DNA from: an uncultured archaeon
GTDB taxonomy: Archaea; Thermoplasmatota; Thermoplasmata; Thermoplasmatales; Thermoplasmataceae
Length of the DNA: 64,000 nucleotides
Direction of reading: 5' to 3'
Assembly (NCBI GenBank): GCA_000965745.1
Contig: CP009479.1
Coordinates: 448,001-512,000, forward strand
This document shows, in pieces, positions 9,995 to 18,770 of this stretch. The notes below the pieces were generated by a model that had not been told where the DNA came from, searched no databases, and was given only the letters and a program-made list of their open reading frames with translations. The first letter of the stretch is position 1; each line of letters begins with the position of its first letter. The translations under genes and the position numbers were made by a program.

Positions 9995-10813
9995 CTACTT
10001 TAGCGCTCCTGCCAGCACGTCACTTCTCAGGTACTTCTGCAGCACCATTACAATGATGATGACGGGTATGATCATCATAATCGCAAATGCATCTGCGGCT
10101 GCGAGCCCGCCCTGCCCCCTGGTGCTATAGTAATATATTGCAACTGGCAGGGTCTTGTAATACGGAGAGAGTACCTGCGCCAGTATGAACTCGTCCCACG
10201 AGAAGAGCCATGCGAGTATTGCTGCCACTGAAATTCCTGTAAGTGCCAGTGGAAGTTCGATTGACGTGAATGACTTTAGCTTCGACGCCCCGTCTATCCT
10301 GGCCGATTCTCTGAGCCTCGGAGGTATGGTCCTGAAGGTCCCTACCATAACGTATGTGATCATCGGGAGGATTATTGATGACTGCGCCAGTGCTATTCCT
10401 TCTGCCGTATTGTCAAGTCCAAGTCTTACCATGACGCTCGCTATGGGAACTGCTATCTGTATCTCCGGCACCATCTCTGTTACAAAAAGGAGGATCACTA
10501 TAGCATATGCCACCTTATGTGGTAGCCGGGATATTGTGTAACTCGCAGGCACCCCGAGGATCAGGCATATGCCCATTACGATGAATGCCGTCTCCAAGCT
10601 TAGAAACAGGCTTGAGGTTATGTTGTAGTGATGCAGCACGAAGATAAAACTTGAGAGTGATACGCTGGATGGTATAAGAGCCGGATTGCTCCTGAATATC
10701 TCAGACGATGGTGCCAGTGCAACTATAAAAAGCAGATAAATCGGGAACAGGATGAATATTGAAATTATAGCGAGAGCCAGATACCACAATACATCTTTCT
10801 TGGGGTTCGTTAT
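9995..10813 (-). CDS. Sugar ABC transporter permease (MalG-like); start either ATA at 10813 or TTG at 10789
   Basis: EAA-loop equivalent ESARIDGAS, FSWDEF, about 6 TM segments. Confidence 0.9.
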   Translation of the reverse strand: MTNPKKDVLWYLALAIISIFILFPIYLLFIVALAPSSEIFRSNPALIPSSVSLSSFIFVLHHYNITSSLFLSLETAFIVMGICLILGVPASYTISRLPHKVAYAIVILLFVTEMVPEIQIAVPIASVMVRLGLDNTAEGIALAQSSIILPMITYVMVGTFRTIPPRLRESARIDGASKLKSFTSIELPLALTGISVAAILAWLFSWDEFILAQVLSPYYKTLPVAIYYYSTRGQGGLAAADAFAIMMIIPVIIIVMVLQKYLRSDVLAGALK

Positions 10814-11673
10814 TCCTCGCCCCCTGTTACCCTATTTGAAATTGTGACATACACGATAATGAAAATCATAACTATCGCCAGCAGCACTGTGGCCGCTGCG
10901 GAAGACAGATTCTGCGAACCCAGGACAAACGTCTCATAAATGCTGAAGGAAAGAGTTCCGAGGAATGCGGGCGTATAACCAACCAGCACCAGTGGAAGGG
11001 CCAGTATGTTGAATTCCTGGACGGCCCTGATTATAAGAGCTATCATTATGAACGGATAGATTCCAGGAAGAGTGATGTGCCGGAACTGCTGAAGGGATGA
11101 GGCACCATCCACTGCCGCAGCTTCATACTGGCTCTCCGGTATGCTCTGAAGCCCTGCAAGAAGTATCAGCATAACAATTGGAAATGTTTTCCACGAGTCG
11201 GCGATTGCGATGGAGAGAAATGCAAGTGGCCCTCTTACCCAGTTGATCTGTGTGTGTGCCAGGCCAAGCACATTAAAGATCTCGTTCAGATACCAGCCGG
11301 TCGGGGCAAATATGAATGTGAATGCTATGGCGGAAACCACCGTTGATACTCCGTAAGGAAGAATCACGATTGTCCTGAAAATTGATCTTCCCCTTATAGC
11401 CCTGTTAAGAAGAAGCGATGTGGCAAGAGCGAGCGCAAATTCTATCGTCAGAGCCAAGGCTGTCAGGAGGACAGTGTTCCCTATTACACCATAGAGATTA
11501 TTATTTCTTACGAGAATCTGATAGTTTAGAAGCGAATATCCACTGGGCAATTTAAAACTAGAGATTATTGCTGCGAATATAGGGTAAATGTTTATGAAAC
11601 CTATAAAAATAAGAAGCGGGAGTATAAAAGCTATTTCAAGCTTATTACTCCCGATTGTTTTTGCCAGTCCCAT
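10810..11673 (-). CDS. Sugar ABC transporter permease (MalF-like)
   Basis: LAGLQSIPESQYEAAAVDGAS...FRHITLP EAA loop; multiple TM segments. Confidence 0.92.
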   Translation of the reverse strand: MGLAKTIGSNKLEIAFILPLLIFIGFINIYPIFAAIISSFKLPSGYSLLNYQILVRNNNLYGVIGNTVLLTALALTIEFALALATSLLLNRAIRGRSIFRTIVILPYGVSTVVSAIAFTFIFAPTGWYLNEIFNVLGLAHTQINWVRGPLAFLSIAIADSWKTFPIVMLILLAGLQSIPESQYEAAAVDGASSLQQFRHITLPGIYPFIMIALIIRAVQEFNILALPLVLVGYTPAFLGTLSFSIYETFVLGSQNLSSAAATVLLAIVMIFIIVYVTISNRVTGGEE

Positions 11674-11694
11674 CTATTTAGGCACCATCCGATC

Positions 11695-13167
11695 CTATAC
11701 CCCGCCTGATCCGCCAGTAGGTCCAATGTAGTTCCCGGACGGGTAGATCATTCCGTTTTCGTACTCCTTGGCCTGGCTCGGATAATAGATCTGAAGATAC
11801 TGTGCCAGGGATTCGTGTGCCTGTGTCAGTGCGCTTGCTACATTGACGTTCTGGCCGATTATTTCAGCCCATGCAGTGTCAAACACATTCTGCCATTCCC
11901 CGATCCACGGGACTGCTGGCCTGAATATGCCATGCTCCTCCTCGAACTGGATCACAGAGAATGTGCTCGCAAGACTGGATGAGAGGTTCTTGTAAGCGAA
12001 AGTGTTGACTACCGGCCATGTAAGGTTCTGCAGCAGTTCCTTCTGGACTGATGCTGAATCCAAATAGTGCATGAAGTCCAGGGAAGCCCATGTGTTCTTT
12101 GAGCCTTTCACTATTCCCAGGACATCTCCGCCTACAACGTACTGGGCTCCCTTTGGACCCATGAACACCTTGTTTATCCCTAGATTGTGCGTTTTGCTAT
12201 TAGTGCTGTTGTTCCACTCGTAGTTCTTCTCAAGCAGGCTTTGAACATACGGCCACTGGTCTATATACTGATATGTCGATCCGAGCGACTTGTAAGTGCC
12301 CCAGTATCCAGTCTTGTTGGCGGGAGACATAAGGCCCTGCTTGCTCATGTCCTGCAGGTAGGTGAGGGCTGCGATATCGCCTGAATCGTTAAGGTACATC
12401 GGGTTACCTCCAAATCCAGCCATCCACTGGAATACCTGTGTTGGCGTACTCGCTCCGCCGTGTCCCTGCATGTTGAATGGCCCGCTGTAGCCTGCCTTCT
12501 TAAGTGCCTTCATGTCATTCATAAGGTTTGTTGTGTTTGTTGGAGGTGCCGTTGCTCCAGCTTTGTTGAACGCGCTCTGATTATAGAATGCAAGCTGGAC
12601 GTTTCCTCTCCACGGCATGAAGTAGTACGTGCCGTTGAAGTAGCCTTCCTTGTAATATGCTGGAATTATTGTTCCGTTTGCTGAAGAGCCGTAAGTTGAA
12701 GAACTGTTCATCGGCTCGAAGTGGCTTCTGTATTTGTTCAGCGGTGTGACTATGTTCTGGGTTACCAACGCACCCATGTAAGAGTTGTCCGAACCTATTA
12801 CGTTAATTTTTATATTCCCTGAAGCAACTTCAGACTGGACCGTCTGTATAACCTGCGTTGGAGACTCTGTTATGAAGTTGACCGATATGTTTGTATAGTT
12901 CTGTTCAAACTGTGGTATTACTGTATCGTTTACGTACTTGTATTCCGAGCCTGCAAGTGCATCATCAAAGGTTATTGTCGTTTTTCCACTGCTTGTACCC
13001 GTACTCGGCTGAGTTGCGCCTGATGTGTGCATGGAGTTGACTATTACTGCTGTTCCTGCGCCTACAACAATAGCCGTTATGACTATGGATATGATCATCG
13101 AAGACATTTTCACCTCTCTTTGCGAGAATGAGATCACGTCTTTCTCGTCATTTCCTTTCTGTTCCAA
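11695..13167 (-). CDS. Sugar ABC transporter substrate-binding protein, N-terminally membrane-anchored
   Basis: N-terminal TM, Ser/Thr linker, YFMPW...LAFYN, VVGGDVLGI; GGTGA RBS before the TTG start (alternative ATG at 13107); first gene of the ABC operon. Confidence 0.88.
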   Translation of the reverse strand: MEQKGNDEKDVISFSQREVKMSSMIISIVITAIVVGAGTAVIVNSMHTSGATQPSTGTSSGKTTITFDDALAGSEYKYVNDTVIPQFEQNYTNISVNFITESPTQVIQTVQSEVASGNIKINVIGSDNSYMGALVTQNIVTPLNKYRSHFEPMNSSSTYGSSANGTIIPAYYKEGYFNGTYYFMPWRGNVQLAFYNQSAFNKAGATAPPTNTTNLMNDMKALKKAGYSGPFNMQGHGGASTPTQVFQWMAGFGGNPMYLNDSGDIAALTYLQDMSKQGLMSPANKTGYWGTYKSLGSTYQYIDQWPYVQSLLEKNYEWNNSTNSKTHNLGINKVFMGPKGAQYVVGGDVLGIVKGSKNTWASLDFMHYLDSASVQKELLQNLTWPVVNTFAYKNLSSSLASTFSVIQFEEEHGIFRPAVPWIGEWQNVFDTAWAEIIGQNVNVASALTQAHESLAQYLQIYYPSQAKEYENGMIYPSGNYIGPTGGSGGV

Positions 13168-13494
13168 AAAATCACCAGAGCTTTAAACATAATTATTATA
13201 TTAAAATTTTACTCTAAGGGAGTTTTGTGTTAAATATGGCTATATTAAGAATTAGTGCGTGTTTTTGCTGTATTATGGTCATTTTTGTGCATTAATGTTG
13301 ATTTTTTAGCTGTAAAGGGGCAGATGCACCAATAGCCTGTTTCATTAAATTAGCCGGATATGATATATAAACACTTTTTGCGGTATTGTTACCTTAAACA
13401 TCGCTACTGCATACCGTTTCACAGGGATGCCTCCTCATTTCCTCATTTTCCGGCCTACAGGTTAAACTTTAGTTGTATAGTTCACTGATAAAAC

Positions 13495-13959
13495 GTGCGC
13501 AGTTATCTCAGGATTTTCAGAACGGGCTCGTTTGATTTTGATGAGCTCTACGCCTTCATGGAGAAAGTCCATGAATACGGGAAGATGCATTTCCTGATTT
13601 CAGACGGCATAATGCTTGATCTGCCGCAGACATTTCCTGAAGGCTCCGGCCTGGACATCAGGATTCAGCGAATACTTACGTCATACCAGCTGCAGAGAAT
13701 ACTGCTTGAATCGGATAACAGCCCCCACTTCATTGCCGTTGTTTCCGGGGTGATATCCTCGTGGGCAATGGAATCAGTTGAGAGTTTCTACGAGATAATG
13801 AAGATAAAATCGTACTACCACAGGTGCCCCATATCCATGAACATAGTTGGGAAGGGAGGAGTGTACGAGAACTACCTCGGAAAGAGGGTACTTGAGCCAC
13901 CGGAAAGAAGGGTGGTCGAAGGAGGTCTATACCAATGGGAAGAACAACACCCACAGTAA
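13495..13959 (+). CDS. Degenerate RecA/RadA-fold protein without Walker A, first gene of the PolB2 cassette
   Basis: DIRIQRILTSYQLQRIL aligns by eye with [17 protein letters not shown] of the RadA in this window; overlaps the next ORF. Confidence 0.55.
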   Translation: MRSYLRIFRTGSFDFDELYAFMEKVHEYGKMHFLISDGIMLDLPQTFPEGSGLDIRIQRILTSYQLQRILLESDNSPHFIAVVSGVISSWAMESVESFYEIMKIKSYYHRCPISMNIVGKGGVYENYLGKRVLEPPERRVVEGGLYQWEEQHPQ

Positions 13960-14171
13960 GGCAGAAGATGGAGATCATAGCACAGAAATACGGAAGGATG
14001 AGATCGATCATGAGGGCGGAGGATGTTGAGATATTCGACAGAATTATGCTCATGGGCAGAAAACATTCGCCCGAGATATCAATGGCAGGCATTGATCCTG
14101 AGACGGGGTTCCTTATGTCCGTGATTCTTGAAATGATGAAGCTTTTTCGGCAGGGCGAAGAAGAGGAGTGA
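13935..14171 (+). CDS. Small helical PolB2-associated protein (arCOG07300-like)
   Basis: MGRTTPTVR N-terminus, 78 aa, GGAGG RBS, directly upstream of PolB2. Family assignment is from memory of polB2 neighbourhoods. Confidence 0.7.
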   Translation: MGRTTPTVRQKMEIIAQKYGRMRSIMRAEDVEIFDRIMLMGRKHSPEISMAGIDPETGFLMSVILEMMKLFRQGEEEE

Positions 14172-14178
14172 GGATCCT

Positions 14179-16200
14179 GTGGACCCGATCATCAATGGAA
14201 CTGGGGATGACAGGATTTCGCTGTGGTACCTCAGAAACGGGAAGATAATAAAGAGAAGGTACTGCAACAGGACCTGGGTATTCGTCTCCGGCGATCCCTT
14301 TGATCTTGATTTTCTCGCCAGGCAGCTTGATGTTTCCGATTTTGGGTACAACTGGTCGTCCAGAAGCGATGTTTATGGCAGCATGGACGGCATAGAGATC
14401 GCCGTAAACCCGTCACGGACGAAAGATCTTATCAGATCCGTCGAACGTATTGGGCTCAACAGGAAGTTCAGGGTTTTCAACGGCGACCTTGATCCTGTTA
14501 TGCGGTTCATGACCGAGAATGGTCTGGAATTTTTCCATCTTGATTCCCCCTATGACCATGACCCTCCTGTGGAAAGCCTTCTGGTTGGCGGGAAGGTGAG
14601 GGGACGCGATATAGCGGGAGTAACCATGGACGGGGAATCATACCTGCCGGAGAGGATGGTCCTCATGGATCTTGAAGAGAGAATCAGTGATAGCCCGATG
14701 ATCATTTATGACAACAGCTACGAGGCTTTCAAGCTCATTTTGTACAAAATGAGAGATCTGGGTCTGAAAATACCCCGGGTGCGGACACGTACTGGATCAA
14801 CGTACCAGTCATACGGGCAGATGCATTACAAAAGCCCTACAGTGCATCTATCAGGAAAAATATGCATTCCGTCCGATTCGTTCATTTACGCAGAAGCGGG
14901 CCTCCCTGGAATTTATGAGATCTCCAGAACCTCTTCCCTCCCTCCTGCAACAGCAGCGATGGTGACTCCTGGAACAGCTGTATCGACAATGGAAGAGACT
15001 GTTGCAGTAAAAAATGGAGTGCTCGTACCGCTTTACAAGGACGATCATGAGCTGGAGAAGAGCGTTGAAGAGCTGTCACTTACAGACAGAGGGGGAATCG
15101 CCCTTCAGCCGGAGCCCGGCCTTTACGAGGATGTGTATGAGATCGATTTTTCTTCCATGTACCCAAGCATAATAGTGCGCTACAATCTTTCCCCGGAAAC
15201 CATAGGAAAAACCCATGGTTATGTAGTTCCAGATACGCCCTACAGGGTCAATACTGAAAAAACAGGCTTTCTTTCACAGGCCCTGGGAAATCTTCTCGAG
15301 AAGAGGCTTTTCTACAAGTCAATAAAGTGGGAGGATGAAGTTTACAGAAGCAGGGATACTTCCCTGAAGTGGATGCTGCTGACATCCTTCGGATATACAG
15401 GCTACAAGAATGCAAAATTCGGCAAGATAGAGGCCCATGAGAGCATAACGTCCATCGGCAGGTCTGTTCTGTCAAAGGCCATGAAGCTGGCGGAAAGCAT
15501 GGGCTTCAGCGTGATACATGGAATTGTGGACTCCCTCTGGATCAAGGGGGATGGTGATGTTGAGGAACTCATGAGGCGCATAAAGCAGGATACGAAGATA
15601 GACATAGTCCTTGACGGGCATTACAGGTGGATTGTATTCCTGCCAGCTAGATCCGGCCTCGGATCGCTCAACAGGTACATAGGCATGAGGATGGATGGGG
15701 CGTACAAGATAAGGGGCATTGAGCTGAGAAGAAAGGATGTGCCTGAGATCTCAAGAAAATTCCAGCTTGAGGCCCTGAAGATCTTTGAAGGCTGCGAGAG
15801 TGTTTCTGACATTGGGAGCAAGTATTTGGAACTGCAGAGCCTTGAAAACAGGTACCTGAAGACTATGCATGAATTCCCCAGAGAATATTTTTGCATTAAC
15901 ATGAAGATAACCAGGAGGCCGGAGGACTACAAAGTGAGGAATATGCAGAAGATTGCACTGGAAGACCTTCGCAGGCAGGGCATAGAGGTGAGCCCTGGAG
16001 AGCGCATACCCATGGTCGTAACTGACAGGAAGCGTGGAATCATCGATATGGAGGGCAATTATGAGGGCATTGATGCGGATTTTTACAGGCATCATCTGTA
16101 CCGGGCATTCGAATGCTTTGACTTCCTCGTGTCCCGGGGAATGTCGGAAAGAAAGAACAGGGTGAGAAAACTCACAGACCCATTATTCCAGTCCGCATGA
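14179..16200 (+). CDS. polB2: Family B DNA polymerase, PolB2 (Dpo2) clade
   Basis: Motif A DFSSMYPS, motif B K..L..SFGYTG, motif C HGIVDS (first Asp of YGDTDS replaced), KIRGIELRR; no recognisable Exo I DIE motif; 673 aa. Confidence 0.88.
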   Translation: MDPIINGTGDDRISLWYLRNGKIIKRRYCNRTWVFVSGDPFDLDFLARQLDVSDFGYNWSSRSDVYGSMDGIEIAVNPSRTKDLIRSVERIGLNRKFRVFNGDLDPVMRFMTENGLEFFHLDSPYDHDPPVESLLVGGKVRGRDIAGVTMDGESYLPERMVLMDLEERISDSPMIIYDNSYEAFKLILYKMRDLGLKIPRVRTRTGSTYQSYGQMHYKSPTVHLSGKICIPSDSFIYAEAGLPGIYEISRTSSLPPATAAMVTPGTAVSTMEETVAVKNGVLVPLYKDDHELEKSVEELSLTDRGGIALQPEPGLYEDVYEIDFSSMYPSIIVRYNLSPETIGKTHGYVVPDTPYRVNTEKTGFLSQALGNLLEKRLFYKSIKWEDEVYRSRDTSLKWMLLTSFGYTGYKNAKFGKIEAHESITSIGRSVLSKAMKLAESMGFSVIHGIVDSLWIKGDGDVEELMRRIKQDTKIDIVLDGHYRWIVFLPARSGLGSLNRYIGMRMDGAYKIRGIELRRKDVPEISRKFQLEALKIFEGCESVSDIGSKYLELQSLENRYLKTMHEFPREYFCINMKITRRPEDYKVRNMQKIALEDLRRQGIEVSPGERIPMVVTDRKRGIIDMEGNYEGIDADFYRHHLYRAFECFDFLVSRGMSERKNRVRKLTDPLFQSA

Positions 16201-16209
16201 GTGCCGGAG

Positions 16210-17364
16210 CTAGGCGATCTGGCCGAGCATAAGCTCTATCTTCTCACTCAATACAGCCACGGGGACGTCGCTAATGCTGATCACCTTCCGTACGCCTTTC
16301 TTGTCTCCACCGCTCACCGTTTTGCTGTCCAGGAATCCTACCACTTCAAGTTTCTTGAGTATCCTGTAAATGTCCTTGCGGTCCATCCCTTCCATGCTGT
16401 ACTGCTCGGCGAACGCAGGGGCGTTTTCAACAAGGCAGTCGAGCTGGGTCTCCGTGGCATTCTTAAGGCAGCTGCATACCGTGAGGAGAAGAACAAGTTC
16501 TTCCTTTTCAAGTTCGCCAAGCTTGCTTTCCGTTACATACGGGTTTATGAGCGATTTTGCAGCCCTTATGTCTTCCCCCTCTATGGTATCAGAGGATCTG
16601 TAGTCTGCAATGTGTGATGCCTTCTGCAGAAGTTCAATCGCAACACGTGCACTTCCGAAGTGTTCTGCAATTTCAGAAATATAGTCGAGTATTGAAGGCG
16701 TGTAGGCCGAATCTTCCAGTGACACCTTGCACCTGTCATCTATAATCCCGTACAATTCATCACGCGTGTATTTGCTGAACTCAAGGGCAGAGAATACGCC
16801 GAGGGATTTTCTGTCCCTTTCCGTAAAATAGATAGTGGGGTTGTCAATAGATACAAGTATGGTTGACATCCCTGTCTCGTAGATCTCGTTGGACCTGAAA
16901 AGGTTGTAGAATCCGTCAGGGTCCCTTCTTGCTATGTTTGAGGCCTCATCAATAACAAGGACAAGCGATGTACCCCTCTTCTTCATTATTGTGTTAATGG
17001 CCCCGAAAATCTGGTTATAAGACGCAGCACGGCTCGGAAAGACCTTCCCCAGCTTGTTTATGACATCGCTGAGAAGAGTGCGGATATTGCCGAAGGACAG
17101 TGCGTTTTCATAAATTATGGTGGGAGATTTTTCTTCCCTCAGCAGAAGCTTGATTGTCGCTGTTTTTCCGGTGCCTGAGGCACCATATATCACAAGGTTT
17201 GGGAAAATACCATTTCTCACCGGCTGGAGTACGATCTCCCTTATCTTCTTGAGCTGCTGCTCCCTGAACCTGAGCCGTTCCGGGACATAAGCGAAATCTA
17301 GCGGGTCTGGATTCTTAATTATCAACTTGCCTGTGATATTGTTTCTAGTATATTTAGGTACCAC
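16210..17364 (-). CDS. cdc6: Orc1/Cdc6 family AAA+ ATPase with C-terminal wHTH
   Basis: YVPERLRFREQQL, Walker A GASGTGKT, Walker B VIDE, FSKYTRDELYGII..R, GSARVAIELL. Confidence 0.92.
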   Translation of the reverse strand: MVPKYTRNNITGKLIIKNPDPLDFAYVPERLRFREQQLKKIREIVLQPVRNGIFPNLVIYGASGTGKTATIKLLLREEKSPTIIYENALSFGNIRTLLSDVINKLGKVFPSRAASYNQIFGAINTIMKKRGTSLVLVIDEASNIARRDPDGFYNLFRSNEIYETGMSTILVSIDNPTIYFTERDRKSLGVFSALEFSKYTRDELYGIIDDRCKVSLEDSAYTPSILDYISEIAEHFGSARVAIELLQKASHIADYRSSDTIEGEDIRAAKSLINPYVTESKLGELEKEELVLLLTVCSCLKNATETQLDCLVENAPAFAEQYSMEGMDRKDIYRILKKLEVVGFLDSKTVSGGDKKGVRKVISISDVPVAVLSEKIELMLGQIA

Positions 17365-17366
17365 GA

Positions 17367-17711
17367 TCAGAAGGACACAACACTATATCCGCTGTTGATG
17401 AACCCAGGAATGGTGTCGCTCACGTTCTCAAGCTTTACTCCCAATTTTGCGATTCCCTCCGACAGGTCGTTTGCGGCGGCATACCCGTTGCATGCGATAG
17501 ATGTAACATTATGCTCAACAAGCTTGCTGTAAAGGTCCCTGACTTCCTGGTCATCACCTGCAATGGCTTTCTCGCTTGGCCCGAAGAAAACTACTTTCAC
17601 GTCTTCGAGATTATTCTTCCTGGCGGAATTCATTGCAAATCTCATGCCCACGAGCAGTTTGTCCCTGTTTTCAAGCCCAGATGTTATAAGTACAAGCATT
17701 TTTCCAGTCAT
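17367..17711 (-). CDS. DsrE family protein
   Basis: DVKVVFFGPSEK and conserved Cys (IACNGYA); 114 aa. Confidence 0.8.
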   Translation of the reverse strand: MTGKMLVLITSGLENRDKLLVGMRFAMNSARKNNLEDVKVVFFGPSEKAIAGDDQEVRDLYSKLVEHNVTSIACNGYAAANDLSEGIAKLGVKLENVSDTIPGFINSGYSVVSF

Positions 17712-18008
17712 GCTTTCAGGAAGGCGTGGATCAAAATAATTCTTTCTAACCCTGCTGTTAACAAACGAGCGATTCAGGGAAAAGGGAACAATACGGTCCC
17801 TAGTTGGAATCGTGTACTGCGCCTTCCCAGATCGAGTGATATTCGGCGATCAAACAGCCTTATACCTCAATTCAATATCACACATATATACTAGTTTACA
17901 GAAATACGGAATGACCTAATTATTAAGTGATTGCAAAAATTTAAAAACATAAACTGTGAGGAATGACTTTTATAAAATATAGTGTGATTAAATCCTTGGT
18001 GAAAAAAA

Positions 18009-18626
18009 ATGCCGTTCGTTGATGATCTCGCCGTAGAGTTGTTCGTGCTGTCTCTAGTAGGGGTCGTTTCGCTCTACATGACCGGGATGGCTTATGTAGA
18101 ATACAGAAAAAATGGTGTAAAAAACGTAGAAAAAGTCCTGAGACCTGGTGCATTTCCTTTAGGTATGCTGGGTTTATTCATACTGGTAATGGGGTACTAT
18201 GGTGAGATGGTTTGGCCACTGCCTGGAAGTTACAACATACTGTTTGGGGATCCCTTTATACTGATGGGAATTGTGATAACCTCACTGGCTGTCTCACTCG
18301 CTTTAAAACAGAAACTCCAGTTTGTCGGAATAGTTGCTGCTTTCTCCGGGTTAATTTCAGTTTACTACGGGTATCACGCCTATATTCAGGGAATGACGTC
18401 CGAGCCGCTTGCAATGTTTGGAATGTATCTCGCCTTCGGCCTTACAGGAATATTCACATTCCCGGCCACACTGATTTATGACAAGTTCCCTGAGAAGGGT
18501 GGAAAGCCTTCAAATCTGTGGACAATTATACTGATAATATTCTGGATAGGCCTGATAGTTTCAGCAGTACTTGCAGCCTACACAGCACTCAATGCAGTGC
18601 CGCAGCACCTGCTCAAACCGCCATAA
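18009..18626 (+). CDS. DUF981-like integral membrane protein
   Basis: MPFVDDL start, WPLPGSYNILFGDP motif, about 6 TM segments. Confidence 0.75.
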   Translation: MPFVDDLAVELFVLSLVGVVSLYMTGMAYVEYRKNGVKNVEKVLRPGAFPLGMLGLFILVMGYYGEMVWPLPGSYNILFGDPFILMGIVITSLAVSLALKQKLQFVGIVAAFSGLISVYYGYHAYIQGMTSEPLAMFGMYLAFGLTGIFTFPATLIYDKFPEKGGKPSNLWTIILIIFWIGLIVSAVLAAYTALNAVPQHLLKPP

Positions 18627-18770
18627 TATTGGAGGGTTTCCCTCTTTTATTTTTCTTTATAACACCGTTCGCCAACCGTCTCGAATATTTTTGATTCTTC
18701 GGGAATTAACCGGAAAGAATGATGTTAAAGCGCAAAATATAAGAAAAATGTTGAAAAATTGGTTTGGGCC

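Noticed and set aside
17712-18008. Replication origin next to cdc6
   Set aside because: An AT-rich stretch is present, but I found no repeated ORB-like TTCCAGTGGAAAC...G-string elements.
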